Of a stretch of DNA of 64,000 nt, positions 42,842-56,229 are shown one piece after another. The translations under genes were made by a program, and so were the position numbers. The DNA comes from Adineta vaga (taxonomy: Eukaryota > Animalia > Rotifera). The notes below the pieces were generated by a model. It made no database searches. It worked only from the letters and a program-made list of their open reading frames with translations, and had not been told where the DNA came from. Position 1 is the first letter of the stretch. Every line of letters starts with the position of its first letter. The stretch is from positions 12,462,001 to 12,526,000 of the forward strand of contig CP075494.1 of NCBI GenBank assembly GCA_021613535.1, written 5' to 3'.

Positions 42842-44688
42842 GTTCCCTTTTCTTTGGCTTCTATTACGTCGTGATAGTTTCGTCAACACTGCTAGTGTTC
42901 CCCTTTTCTCACTCTCTTTTCCTTGTCATCATTGTCGTCAAATTGGCACGGACGACAGCGGAAAACAACAATCATCCATCCAACACGATCATCCAAACGC
43001 GATTCATGCGTATACATTCTCGTTTGTTCTTGTTAAGTGGATACTCACAACGACAAATGTAACAAACGACGAAAAAAAAGAGAGAAAGAGAAACAAGTAG
43101 AATGAATAAGAAAAGAACAAAGAAAGAGAGAAAGAGATGGATAAGGATTGATCGATGTCAGTTGCATCGATGGATCGATTACAACGTACACGTTTGCATT
43201 CAATTCAATAGCCTACTTGTTTTTTATGTATTCGGAAAAAGGAATAAAAAGAAGAAGAAGAAGGAAAAAAAATCAAGATCTAAAAAAGAAAAGACCGGAA
43301 AGAAGAAAAAGGTGATTATGATCAAATTCTTTTCTTCTTATGATTGATCGAGCTTTGTCTTTGTGAATAATACTATTATCAGGAAAAGGTTGAATACCGC
43401 ATATTGTATTATTTAGAATTTATTATTATCTTTTTTTTTCAAAATAAACTTATTCAAACTGCAAGGAAGGTTATTAGAAAGAAAATATTCTTCAAAGTCT
43501 TGTTCTTTCTATTTAGTTTACAGTTGATGACAAGTTTTTACTAATTCTATAAATACATATTTAATACTCTCTCATCCACGTTGATTAGTTGCTCTGTAGT
43601 ATTATTATTAATCAATTTTCTTTCCAAAAAAAGGAAAGAAAAAAAATTATACTTTTTCATCACAATGAAAGTGATATTTATCGGCTTTCTTCTGTTATTT
43701 TTGTATTTCTATTCTCTAATGTTTTTCTAAGAATTCCTTGATTTTATTATTCTAGGTGATGTTTATTAGACTTCACATGACAAGTTCTAAAGAGAGAATG
43801 TAACAAATCAACATACCTACATCATCATTAGATTGCTGTGAATAGAGTAGCAATAAGATATAATCTTGACTTTTCCAATCACAGAAGATATAGATATCAA
43901 TATGTCTGTTCAGTAATGTGTAATTCACTGAAAATGTCAATGAGAAAATGGTTTCTATTATCACTCAATATCTTTACTCTCTATCCGTATAGAGAGAACC
44001 TTCTAAGAAGAAGAAGAAGAAGAGCAAATACACATCAGGGTGTAAGCGACTAAAGGATAAAACATTCAATGATCAAACATATGCCATCGGCAACATATCC
44101 TCTTCATTAAAACAAACAAATAAATAGAAACCATCAATTCAATTTTTGACTAGAGTTTGTATAACAATTGACATAATTCAAATCATCATCTTTCTTCATT
44201 ATCATTTGATTGATGTGATCATTATTTTCAACTAATAATAATATCAAAATGCAAGTTTCTCGTTCGACATTTTTTCCATATCAATACAAGATGTTTTTTT
44301 ATCTTGAAATAAGTTTTTTCCTCATGGAAAATTGTTAAGGACATGTACTTTTTTTTCTAAATAGATATCTCTCTTAAGACACGTTCATGTGCATGACTTG
44401 ATTTGAACTACTAATCTCTTGTTTGAAAAGTAAAGATTAGTTGACACATTTAATTAACAAAAAAAATGTTTATTTACTATTGATATGTAATCATCGGCAA
44501 AGTTTTAATCAATAGTCGAACATGTTGATCTATTAAAATCGATTTTGACCGAGAACGTAATTGTAAGAAATAGATATGTATTCAAAACATTGTCATGATA
44601 TTTAGTATTTATTAGAAAAGTTGACATAGCAAGTTTGAAGACATCATAATACATCGCTATTAACTCACTAAATCATCAAGTTCATTTT

Positions 44689-45353
44689 TACGTAGGATGA
44701 TAGAGAAAAAAATGCTCATTTCTTCCTATGCTATTTGATCATACTTCAACCAATATGATAAAAATAAAATTTTGATAAGAGCTGTTGCATTTGTATGTGT
44801 CATAGTAATACGAAAATAGTCAATCGTTTTTGAATAACTTTCAGTAGAAACAAGATTGAGAAATCTGCGATTTTCACCATTGAAAAGAAGAGATGAAGAT
44901 GCAATGAATCGTAATTATATTACCGATTTTTTCGACCTACTTGTTATAAGGTTTTCAATTGATCTTTTTAGGAACAAACCTATCTCGTAAGATGTTTATA
45001 GTGAAGTTTCCATAATCAGATGTAAATTCAAACTATTAATCGAAGAACTACAAACTACGAAAGACTGATATGAATAATATGATTTTTCGTGAGAAATGCT
45101 CGTTATTTGTGCTTTTTTCGTTTTGCATGGAAAAAAATACTGTAGAAATCGATATTAGAAAAACGAATAATACATGATTCAATGCAGCTTTCTACTGAAA
45201 GTTATTCAAAAAATATTGACTAGCATTCATGTTACTATGACACATACAAACGAAACAGCTCTTATCAAAATTTGATTTTTATCATATTGGTTGAAGTATG
45301 ATCAAATAGCATAGGAAGAAATGAGCATTTTTTTCTCTATCATTCTACGTGTA
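44689..45353. mobile_element. MITE-like non-autonomous DNA transposon (~660 bp) with ~170 bp terminal inverted repeats
   Basis: 44691-44860 is the near-perfect reverse complement of ~45190-45350 (tgatagagaaaaaaatgctcatttcttcctatgctatttgatcatacttcaaccaatatgataaaa...); flanked by TTTTTA and TAAAAA; no internal ORF. Confidence 0.8.
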
Positions 45354-45725
45354 AAAAGAAACTTTTATCAAGCTTAATATGTGATACTAAAAAGTCGTTG
45401 CCACTGCTTTTGAATAACCCTATCTAACGACATACACCATTTATCATAACTAAAATGTTTATTTTATTAAATACAGAATGGAGTAATAATCTATATTATA
45501 TTTGATATTTATTTCCAACATGTGTCATTCTTCAAATAGACTTATCTCTTCCTTTTCTCTTTCTTGGAATAAAAATGATTTATTTATAGTATAAAGCCAA
45601 TGACGGTTTTCGAAACAACTAACAAAAACATTGTTTTGGATTCTCATACTTTTGTTAATACGGTCAATTTGAGAACTGTTCGGGTTTTTTTTTCAAAAAA
45701 TTTCTTTTACTTATATAGACTCAAA

Positions 45726-48231
45726 ATGAATTATCTCAGTTGGATTGATTATGGAGTATTAGTGGTTCTTTTAAGTACAATGATATATATTAGAGTTCTA
45801 ATTGCATGATTGAATTCTTTCTGTGTGATAGGTCTATCAGCAGGTATTGGTATTTATCATGGTTGTATTCGATCAAAACAATTGTCTACGAATGAATTTC
45901 TTATCGGTGATGGACAGATGAAAGTAGAGAGAAGAGTTGAATAGAGGACTGATGAACTAATCAAATCTTCTAGATTTTACCTACTGCAATGAGTTTATTG
46001 GCAACTGTGATGTCAGCAGCAACCCTACTTGGAGGACCTGTTGAAGTCTATGCATATGGTACAATGTATCTCTATTGGAGTGAGTTAGTTGTACGTTTTG
46101 ATTTCAATGCTTTATATTGTATATTTGATAGTTTTTTCTTGGATAATTGGTACATATTTCACAACAAAATTCTTTATTCCTATGTTTCGACAGATTGGAA
46201 ATATTAGTATTTATGCTGTATGTTTGTTTTATTTTCCGAAGATTTTCATATCTCGATGGCTATTCTTTTAGTATCTCGAACAACGTTTTTCATTATCAGT
46301 TCGAATTGCAGTAACACTTACTTTCATTATCATCAATGTAAATTCGAAAAGATTATTTAAACTTTGTTCTATCTATTGTGTTTAGATAATTTATTGCGCG
46401 GTTATTTTGTATGGACCAAGCTTAGCATTAAGTCAAATTACTGGTTTAGATGTTTGGTTAGCAGTAGTTGCATGTGGAATTATTTGCACACTTTATACAA
46501 GTGTCGTATGTATCTGTTTGATATGTATATTCAAACTATGGTCGACGTTTTCTAGGGTGGTATAAAAGCAGTGATATGGACAGATGTTGCACAGACAATA
46601 ATGATGGTTGTAGGAATAATTCTATCGATTGTTTTTGGTGAATTTCGAATAATTTCTATATTCTTTTTTAAAATATGCTATGATTAGGATTGATTGATGC
46701 TGGTGGTATAAGAAAAGTATTTGAAATAGCAATCGCTGGCCAACGAATACAATTAATAAAGTATGTACAATTTAGTTTTGGAGAATTCTATCTATAAAAT
46801 TATCTTTAGTTTAACATTGAATCTATCAACGAGATATTCGATTTGGAGTACTTTTATTGGAGGTGGTTTGTATACATTAGCAGTATGTTCATGTCTTCAA
46901 ACTCAAGGACAACGATATATGTGTGTAAAAAGTACACGAGCAGCGCAGAAGTATGAATTTCAAATCAATTTCATTTGTATGATTATCGAATTGATAGAGT
47001 CGCTTGGATAAATGTAATCATGTTTTCAATAATGCTCTTATTTTGTGCTTGTATCGGATGTATTATTTATGCAAAATATTATCAATGTGATCCATTACAA
47101 GCAAAACTTATTTCGAAACCTGATCAAGTAGGATGATTATTTCTTTGATGATTGATACACACAAGTTCTGTTTATAGATGTATCCATTATTTATTGTGGA
47201 AACATTAGGACGATTTCCTGGTTTAACTGGTCTGTTTATTTCTAGTGTGTTGAGCGCATCATTAAGTACAATTTCCAGTGGAGTAAATAGTATAGTTACA
47301 GTTCTCATTGAAGATATTTATAAACGAATATCAGTGAAACATACAATCTCAGATAGGAAACAAGCAATCATTTCGAAGATACTATGTAGAAACTGATTGA
47401 GAAGAAAATATTTCGTTTGAAAATAAATTTTTAATTTGTTTTTTCATATAGCTGTTTTAATTGGTTTGTTGATTATATTTTTGGCATTCGTCACGTCATA
47501 TTTAGGTGATAATATTCTCGTCGTTGTTTTTCAAATCTGTGGAGCACTTACATCACCTATTCTTGGTGTTTATTTACTTGGTTTTTTTGCACCAAGAGTG
47601 AATAGTCGAGTGAGTCAATCGAATGAAAAGTATTACTTTTAACTGATTGTCTTTTATTTGTTTATACAGAATGTTTTAGTTGCATTTTTACTCTGTTTAA
47701 TCTTTCAAACATGGATTCTGATTGGTGCTAATCTTATGATCAAACAACAGATTGGAAGAAGCGGACGATTGCCAACATCGATCAAAGGTTGCTCATCAAC
47801 AATTAATATCACTACACAACCGATCATTATGAATGCAACGTAAGATTATCAAAATAGACAAAAATATTGAACAGATTGATGCACATATATTCTAGTTCAA
47901 GTCATCCATTATTGCCACTCTATTCAATCTCTTTTATGTGGTATGCTTTTACTGGCGTTTGTCTCACTGTCATTCTTGGTTTACTTGGATCTTTTATCTT
48001 TGGTAGAGTAATTTATATTTGATAAAATCATTATGTATTCAAATACTTTAGGTTCAAACAAATCAAATACAGTAGAAAAATCATTATTGGTATCATGGAA
48101 AGACGTATGTATACATAAATTTGTATCGTAACTTTCAAAATCTCGTCAATTCTCGTCTCTAATAGAAATCATCTAAGTATGATTGTCAAGATCAAGAATT
48201 ACAAACTATTGAACGCGAACGAATGTTATAA
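45726..48231 (+). CDS. SLC5 sodium:solute symporter (SMCT/SMVT-like), ~15 small exons
   Basis: WIDYGV, AMSLLATVMSAATLLGGPVEVY, YLEQRF, GGIKAVIWTD, QRYMCV, PGLTGLFISSVLSASLSTISSGVNS and YSISFMWY. Confidence 0.92.
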
Positions 48232-48277
48232 ATTCATTAATTCGTTTTTTAAATACAAATTTATTCGAGAAATTTAC

Positions 48278-49530
48278 TCATAAATCAGCTTCTGAATCAT
48301 CATGATTAATATTATTATTATTATTATTCGAATTGTTTTTAAATGGTCGACGAAATTTATCTCGAAGACGAGTATTTGTTCGTTGCGACGAAGAAAATGG
48401 TTCCGAACGATCATTTATTGTATCATTCTCTTCAATATTTTCCAAATAAGGTCGACTAAAAAACAGTTCATACATGAATTGTTTTAATGGATCACATGCC
48501 ATTCCACAAATGACAATAGGAAGAAGAATACAACGAAAATTAATTGTAAATAACATCAATTTTAATGCTATTGATTGTGAATCTAAATTATCATTATTCA
48601 TGTCACTGACGATAAGATGGAAAAAAAGTAAAACAATTTCCGAACTAATTACACATGATGAAAGAGATAAATACAATTTGGTATTCACACTAAATCCACG
48701 TACAGAATTGCCTGGTCGAAAACGTGATAAACAACCTTGTTGAACAAGAATGATTACTAATAGAACAATCAATAAACCTAATGCTACATATTCAAACCAA
48801 TATTGTATAATATAAAATGATACAATTTTTGCATAAGTATCAATATTCATTGAATTAAAACAGTATGGAAATGTTATATTTCGATCAGTCGAATTTGCAT
48901 TTATATCTGTAATATCATCACGAGAATCGAAATCAATATCTTCGGCTTGTTCGATGTTTGAAAGTTGTTTTCTTGGTAAAATTTTGAAAATATCATACAA
49001 TCGTTTGAAAAATATTAAAATCAAAGTAATGAAGATTAATAATGCATATAATCTTTGAAATAATTGATGGTTTGTTTTGGTGCGACAATAAATTTTAGTA
49101 AAAATTTTTGTAAATAATCTTTCCAAACTAAATAATAATGTTAAATAAAGTCCAATTGGTTTAGCAAATGTTGATATATAAACAACAAAACGACATCCAT
49201 GATACGGTAGATTTGGTTCACCTGCATTAGTAATCATATATGCTTGAATAAAAAGCGAAGACATATAGGATAAACCAACGATACAAACCAAAAGAAAATG
49301 TGTTGAACGAGTTGTACGAAGTGATCCAGGTGCGAAAAGATATAATAAGGGAAGAATTAAAGAGCAAAGAAGAGCGATTGACCATGTTAAAAGATAATTA
49401 TGTATAAAAGTGATTGAAAGAAAACGATCCAATGATTTATAACTGATATAATAAGATTTCTATGAATGAACATTTTCTAGTAAAACAATTCAATGAAAAT
49501 CAATCTACTTACAGCTGCTACCCAATCCAT
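48278..49530 (-). CDS. Divergent rhodopsin-class 7TM receptor (orphan GPCR), 2 exons
   Basis: Micro-exon MDWVAA (49530-49513) splices in phase 0 to KSYYISYKSLDRF; seven hydrophobic segments, GCRF Cys and a DRY-like FSLERL. Confidence 0.75.
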
Positions 49531-49761
49531 GGTACTCGTTGGTTAAGAAAATGTATTGAAATGAAATAGATAAGAATGATGATGGTTCCGTTTTCGATTG
49601 AAATGAAATATGAGAGAAACTATTATCAAAGATTCTAATTTATTCTTATCAGTTTAGTTTTATCAATTTTCAAAAAACTGATGAAATAGAATATAGAAAA
49701 AAAAGTAGATGTTAAATAAAATAAAATAATCATTTTTATTATCAAAAACAACATTTTTATA

Positions 49762-51044
49762 TTACTGAGATTTTTTAATATAAAAAAGATTCGAAGGAAA
49801 TGACGATGATTTCTCTTTTGACACAGTGCGGTTTCTAACGTATATAATTAAAGCTACACCATAAATACACCAGGTAATATATTTCATAATTGATGATACT
49901 GGATAGAGAATGCTATACAATAATGATACTATCAGCACACCAAATTGGATAATTTGACTAAGTAGATGAGTGATAGATTCCTTTTCAGTCTTTTTCTGTA
50001 TATTTTTTCGTTCTTGTACAGTTGTATTAGAAACTTTCGAATCTACTTTCTTCTTTGGAAAGTAAGCGATACAGAAGAAATGAAGAAACAATCCAAAATA
50101 GATAAAATACATTGCAAATGACCAGCCAATATTTGAATAAGTTACATCACATGCATTACCCATCTGTTTGTAGGTATAAGCTTTGTAATTAACAAAACAC
50201 CCAACAACCATTTGCAAAAGTTGACAAACAGTTATACTGATTTGTACCCATATAGGTATGCGAAATTTCATTGCACGGAATGCATAATACGAATACATCA
50301 TTGCTAAAATGAATGAAAAATGAAATAGATCTAATAATGTCGAAAGAAATCATTTGATTCACCATGTACGGTATAGTTCATAAAAACAAACCAACGACCA
50401 CTTGCTGTCCAATTATGATAACTAAAAAACATGACTATACAGGTGAATGAGTATGTTTTGAGGTTTGATTACCTATACAAGGCATATACCATGACAGTTG
50501 CATGATGAAACCAATGAAGAAAGATTAATTTTTGTTTACGAAGAACGATAAATAGGGTATCGATTAATTCGGGTATTTTTGACCAACAAAATACTGTAAT
50601 CCTAGAGTAATACGAAACAAAATTGAGGTAAAATTGAATTTCTATCAAAATAATAACTTACCAAAATCCTGTAATTCCATAGATATTATCTCGATTACAT
50701 ATTGTGTATTCAAGACCTTCTTTATTTAAATTGTATATCATTTCTGGAACACATCGAATCATTCCGAAGATACTAAATAATGCTAAGAAAATATTCCATA
50801 AAATAAGTGATCGACGCAATTCAAAACGTTCTCTTGTTTTCATCCACATTTGTCCATAAAAAGTCAAACCAATATAGACAATGGCAATGACAATACTTAA
50901 CCACCACCATCGATTCATCCAAGCACCGATCGAATTTGCAAAAGATTTATCAGCAAATGATTGTTCAAAATCAAATACCATTGGATGATAGAGACCATCG
51001 ATATCTTTTACCCAAGGTCTCAGTCTTAATCCAAAAATATCCAT
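49762..51044 (-). CDS. Very-long-chain fatty acid elongase (ELOVL6-like), multi-exon
   Basis: [16 protein letters not shown], His box FLHWFHH, MNYTVHAMMYSYY, QLLQM and C-terminal KKxx. Confidence 0.93.
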
Positions 51045-51554
51045 ATAATGAAACGCAATATGACTATAGTAGTTGAAAGAAAAAGAATATATGCATATGA
51101 AATATGTACGAAATATTTATAAAGACACGCATCAATGCACGTCGGTAGAGGTAAAACAGGTTAAAGCGTAAATAAATATGAATTTCTTCATGCGTGCATA
51201 TATATTGTCTATATGACGGTTCAATTCATGAGTCATATTACTCATGATGCAAAATCAAGGATGATGAATGTGAGGGTGTACTTACTATAACCGATTCAGA
51301 CTAATGATATTGAGAACAAATCTAGATCATATATAAATATGTTTGATTTACAATAACTGTTCATTATAATTTGAAAAAAAGATATTAAAATGATATTCAC
51401 CTTCTCTCGATTTCGTATTATAATTAAAATATTAAAGAATAGTAAAGATAAATCCATTTCTATAATGAATATTTCGATACGTTTAATATTTATTAGAAAG
51501 TTTCTTAGATGAAATATGACATAAGGATATTGTCGTTTGTTATTTCTTTAGAAG

Positions 51555-51843
51555 TCGTTGAGGAATCCATTCCACATCAATGCGTTCTTCGTCGTCTCTT
51601 TCGTTGCTCTCTGGTCGATTGGAAATTGATTCGTTTGGGTACTTTCTTTCTTGTCATTGTATCTACAGGTAAATCTATCTGAAAGATTTCTTCTTTATCA
51701 CAGAATTACGTTTTTATTATTTGTTTAGCGAAAGTTTTTGTTCCCTTATTCACCGGACGTCTTCTATCAAGTGTAGCATACAAAGATCCATATTCAAAAT
51801 TCCATGGCAATCTTTTTCTATTTCTTGATGCATATTTTATCGG
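51555..51843 (+). pseudogene. Two-exon fragment of an ABCB9/TAP-like half transporter
   Basis: Spliced reading RRLFRCSLVDWKLIRLGTFFLVIVSTA/KVFVPLFTGRLLSSV resembles the first TM helix of ABCB9/HAF transporters (FxPxxTGR); the rest of the gene is absent. Confidence 0.5.
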
Positions 51844-51954
51844 GTATGTCATCAATTCTAAAATGTTGATTTTCTTGATTATTTCTTTTCAAATATTCTT
51901 TCCTCGGAAAAATTTCTGTTTCTACGGCAGATTCTGCAGCCCTGAATGAATGCA

Positions 51955-52470
51955 GATCTAACTATTGAACCAAATGGTATTCCTGCTGATATTGTTATCA
52001 ATATGATGATAATACTTGGTTGGCATACAACAACACAAGCATTAACGCAACCTCTACGATAAAAAGTAGATATGTTACCAGTAATTCATTGTTATGCAGC
52101 CGGTCGACGAAGTAATACGGAATCTTTTACTGGTCAACAATTTAGTAAGTTTATGTCAATAACATGATTTTGTTCATCTACGGAATTCGACATTTTTTTC
52201 AAGAAGTTTTATTTGCTCATATTCTCGATCTTATTCTAATGTTAACAAAAAATAAACCAATGTAAGTTTTTGACAAAAGATTTCCTTTATAATCGATAAA
52301 TATTCTTCTATCCATATCAAATAATACTGATCATATTTGTTTATTTTCTATAGTTATTTAATTTTGATATATGCAATCTTAATTGGACAGAATATGTTCG
52401 AAATCAATCATGTTCTTAGCGTTAAAAGATATTTATTGAAAGATGATATGAATCGAATGACGAAATGTTA
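51955..52470 (+). pseudogene. Fatty acyl-CoA reductase (FAR) 3' fragment, disabled
   Basis: IPADIVINMMIILGWHT, in-frame TAA at 52060, AHILDLILMLTKNKP, FNFDICNLNWTEYVRN, then a frameshift to VKRYLLKDDM; these match the FAR C-terminal half. Confidence 0.7.
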
Positions 52471-53201
52471 TGAACGAAATCTCAGATTTTTGTGATTCTA
52501 ATTAGTTTTTTCTCGTTATCGATTTTTTATATCATTGAAGTTATACTGAAGTAAATAGTAATGAATATTGTAAATACGTTCTCTTTACACGTAAAAAATT
52601 AATTTATCACATTGTATCATTCTTATGATTCGATGAAATATGTTATCAATAATTTAAATACCATCGTGTCTGACTTTTCTCTTTATTAAAAATACACCCA
52701 TTAACTTTGCACACTATTCACAATACAAAAAATAAACACAAATTCCATCTCGACAAAAGTATTGTGTATGGTCGCCTAAGACAACTGAAAAATACATATT
52801 CTTCTATTTGTAGGCGTTTTAACTTACGTCACATTCTATTCTCTATTGTTTCTTTCTCTAGAAATGAGTCGAGAGCCTTGACATAGTTTCTTTCTTCATT
52901 TTGTTTTTGAAATTGTTTGTCTAGCCTGGAACTATCCAGTCTGTTTGCCATAATACCATTTGAAAATTAAAACACGAACAAAAAGAAATCTAGTCACATA
53001 CAACCGCGTTTGCGATGTGTGATATATAACCATACGAGAAAAAAATGTGCATTTAAAAAGCAAACATAATTCATTCAAGAACAAGTACATTAAAAGGTAA
53101 GAAATGTTTGTGTTTGTACCATGGATATCTACATTTTGTATGTTTAATGTTGCCTTTCTTTCATTCATTCAGTTCCTCTTGCAAGACTAGTGTTGTTAAT
53201 C

Positions 53202-53587
53202 ATGCCACATCGAACAAGATCAAATTCGAAATTGTATGTAAATACAAGGAATATGAACGATGACCTTTTTCTTATTATTGTAGTTCATTTATGAAACTTC
53301 ATAAATCTACAGTTGGTAAACGTGTATCACGGTTTTTCTCAAAAATACTTTGGCATTTTAATCAAGCAGTACCAAATTATTCTACACGTGATAATCATCG
53401 TTCGAAATCATATAATAGACGTGTATCAATTCGTCATAATCATGAACAACAAATTGGAATTAATAAAAATCATAATCAAATTCGTCGTTATTCAACACGA
53501 TATCGTACATGTTTAATACGTCAACGTCATACAACATTGATGTCGATTGCTGAAGAAAATGAAAATGATGAAATTAATTGTAAATAG
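53202..53587 (+). CDS. Small basic orphan protein, 2 exons (~112 aa)
   Basis: MPHRTRSNSK exon, then a ~50 bp GT-AG intron ending at 53283, in frame with ORF 53291-53587. Confidence 0.5.
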
Positions 53588-53870
53588 AAAATAATAGCAA
53601 ACGGAAAAAAAAACTAGTCCTAGTCACAACTAACTGTTCGGTTTTGAAATTGAATGTGAGTTTTTTTCTTCATTCATTCATTTGTGAGTAAAAGTATGTT
53701 TCACGATATGTATGATTTCATTCATTTTATTGTACATTAGCAGAAAGAATAAATGAGCTTCTTTAGAAAATATTTATTTAAACATGAAAAGCAAATTGAT
53801 CAAATTTTAAGACCTGCATACAATTGACAATAAGCAAAAAAAAAGAGAAAGTATATGTCTATATTGAATT

Positions 53871-54878
53871 TTATTCTGCATAACCAGGTGGTTGATTTGG
53901 AACAAGATCTACTTTCGTCATATTGTCATATTGATCGGCGTCTAACCAACGTTGTACAGGAAAATATGTTGTAGCATTTGTTGTTTCATTTGTTATTAAC
54001 ATATTATCGACGTACCATCCTTGACTTTTGTCACCAGTATGCCAAAGTGTTGCACCTTTGATTTCTCCTAAGACTGGTAAAAATTGTGTAAAAATATCTG
54101 TATGACCATTTTCAAATGGATCTTTATGTGTTTGAGAATGTTGTAAATGTATGGTTTCCGAACTACTTGTTTCACTATGAAGTATTAAATAAACATTTGC
54201 ATCAGTACCAGATGATTTACTTCGAACAAATTTTTTTCCTTCAGAACCTGTTTCAATTGAAATTTTATATTTTTCTTTTCCTTTTAAATCACCATCTGAA
54301 CAATTTGGTTTTGGTACACATCGAAATGAGAGAAATTCATATAAATTAGCATTATCTCGACATCGACGAATAAATTCACGTTTGGATATGTCAGTTTTTT
54401 CATCGAGACCTAAACATTTCATTGTCCAATCAATAATTTTCTCACGTTTCTCTTCATTGTCACCTTCTCCATCTTCATCGGAAGTTTCTGCAAGATCTAA
54501 TATTGCAATAATTACAGTTCGAAAACTTTTACGCGTTAAATTGCTATCCACTTGATTACGATTATAAGCTTTGAAAGCTATTTCAAGTTTTGCTTTTTCA
54601 TCAGTACCTTGAGTAACAGCTACAACACGTAGAAATTCACGAAAATTCAATGCTTGATCATGATCGTCATCGAATGCGGTAAAGAAAAGTTGAGCATAAG
54701 TGTCTGGATTACGTGCACGAGGATAAAATGAACGATAAAGATTTAAATAACGTTCTTTGGGTATACTACCACTTGGACAATCATGTATAAAACGTTTGTA
54801 CCAATCTTGAATTGCTAATTTACTGAAACCAGTTTCTTCAGATAACTGATGAATTTCTTTGGAAGTTAACGACGACAT
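53871..54878 (-). CDS. Neuronal calcium sensor/recoverin-like EF-hand domain fused to a C-terminal PLAT/LH2 domain; no intron in CDS
   Basis: LSEETGFS..IQDWYKRFIHDCPSG, FDDDHDQALNFREF and KLEIAFKAY (NCS); YKISIETG..GTDANVYLILH, FENGHTDIF, GWYVD and YFPVQRWLD (PLAT). Confidence 0.88.
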   Translation of the reverse strand: MSSLTSKEIHQLSEETGFSKLAIQDWYKRFIHDCPSGSIPKERYLNLYRSFYPRARNPDTYAQLFFTAFDDDHDQALNFREFLRVVAVTQGTDEKAKLEIAFKAYNRNQVDSNLTRKSFRTVIIAILDLAETSDEDGEGDNEEKREKIIDWTMKCLGLDEKTDISKREFIRRCRDNANLYEFLSFRCVPKPNCSDGDLKGKEKYKISIETGSEGKKFVRSKSSGTDANVYLILHSETSSSETIHLQHSQTHKDPFENGHTDIFTQFLPVLGEIKGATLWHTGDKSQGWYVDNMLITNETTNATTYFPVQRWLDADQYDNMTKVDLVPNQPPGYAE

Positions 54879-56229
54879 TAGTTCTGTGATGATGATGATA
54901 AGAAAGGACAAGTAGAGAAATGAATTTTGTTGTATTGTGATAACTCTTTTTTCTTCGTCTTCTCCTTTTTTTCTTCTTCTCCTTGTTTCTCGGTGTCTAC
55001 AACAGGAAGCATCCTGTTTGACGAGTCAAAGACTGAAACGTGCTGTTGTCATGTGAACTAATCAACATAATGAAGAAAAACTATGCGAAGATTTTGTTGT
55101 GGTAACTGTAAGACGATTATTCGAGAATACAAAATGAATCCTCACCTGACATTCATTGAAATATGACGTTTTGTTTTTCCTATAGTAGGAAAAAGAAACG
55201 ACAAAAATATGCAAAAAATATTTTCAATATGCCGATTTTTTAGAACATTCATTTGAACTGTTGAAAACAGCCTTTTTTGTTCACAATATCAAATAGTCAT
55301 ATGCTTTAACAATTATTCATAAGCCTTCATTTAATAATTGCAATAATGAAGAAATAAGAGAAACATTTGTTATTTTCTCAATGTGTCCACTTGATGTTGC
55401 ATAGGTAACAGTTGCCATGTATGAAAAACAAAACTACTCATTTTCTTTCATCAATTAAATGAATTTTTATCTAAATAAGGAATTTAACCGCGACGAAAGA
55501 AAAATTAAGAAAATGGATGCAAAGATTTATAACACTTTCTTACAATCGTATCAACATACTGCATTTGTAAGAACATATTAGCTAACTGTTAAGACAATAT
55601 ATTAGGATAGCGGTATCAATAAAAAAAATTTCGTTTTTCAGAGAACTATAGAAGACACGCTGTTTATTTACCAATGAAAAGATCCGAAAAATTGAAGTAA
55701 CCAATTTTCATGGTATCATTTGTTCCGTCACTGGTTTTATAGCCAACAAGACTTTTTAACTTGCTACTAGACTAAGCTATACGCATTACTCGATGAAAAT
55801 CGATATACGTAGTACAAAATTGATGGGAAGTCATACTATTTTGCATAGTATAAGAGAATATGTTCATTTTCAAAAACACTTCTTTTCGATGATCAAATAT
55901 GTATTCCTTTCTATTACGCTTTTATCTTCTTACTTGTCACTGACAAAGAAAACAAGTCTGAAGAGGTAGACAGTAACATGGAAATCTTTCATCACCACTA
56001 CATTTAATTTGTTGTTTTTGTTTTAAAGCATGTGGTAGATGAGAACACAAGAATGCAGGACGTTGTTGCTGATTTCTCCTGCATATGTTTCGGTAGAAAT
56101 TCTCTCTGTGCATATGTCTTCACACGTTTTCTTGTTAGTCAGTTCTACTTTTCTTCATGATAAAGAGAGAAAAAACTAGTCATAATTGTTTTCATACGTT
56201 CGAAGTTTCTAATGTATCGTTGATGATCA

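Noticed and set aside
34850-44053. Many 60-160 aa ORFs in the innexin upstream region
   Set aside because: Low-complexity F/K/L-rich translations of poly-A/T tracts and microsatellites with no motifs; intronic or intergenic. The supported exons here are different, shorter segments
44689-45353. MITE mobilised by the Zator-like protein in this window
   Set aside because: The termini do not show the GG...CC ends I recall for Zator, and nothing else links the two
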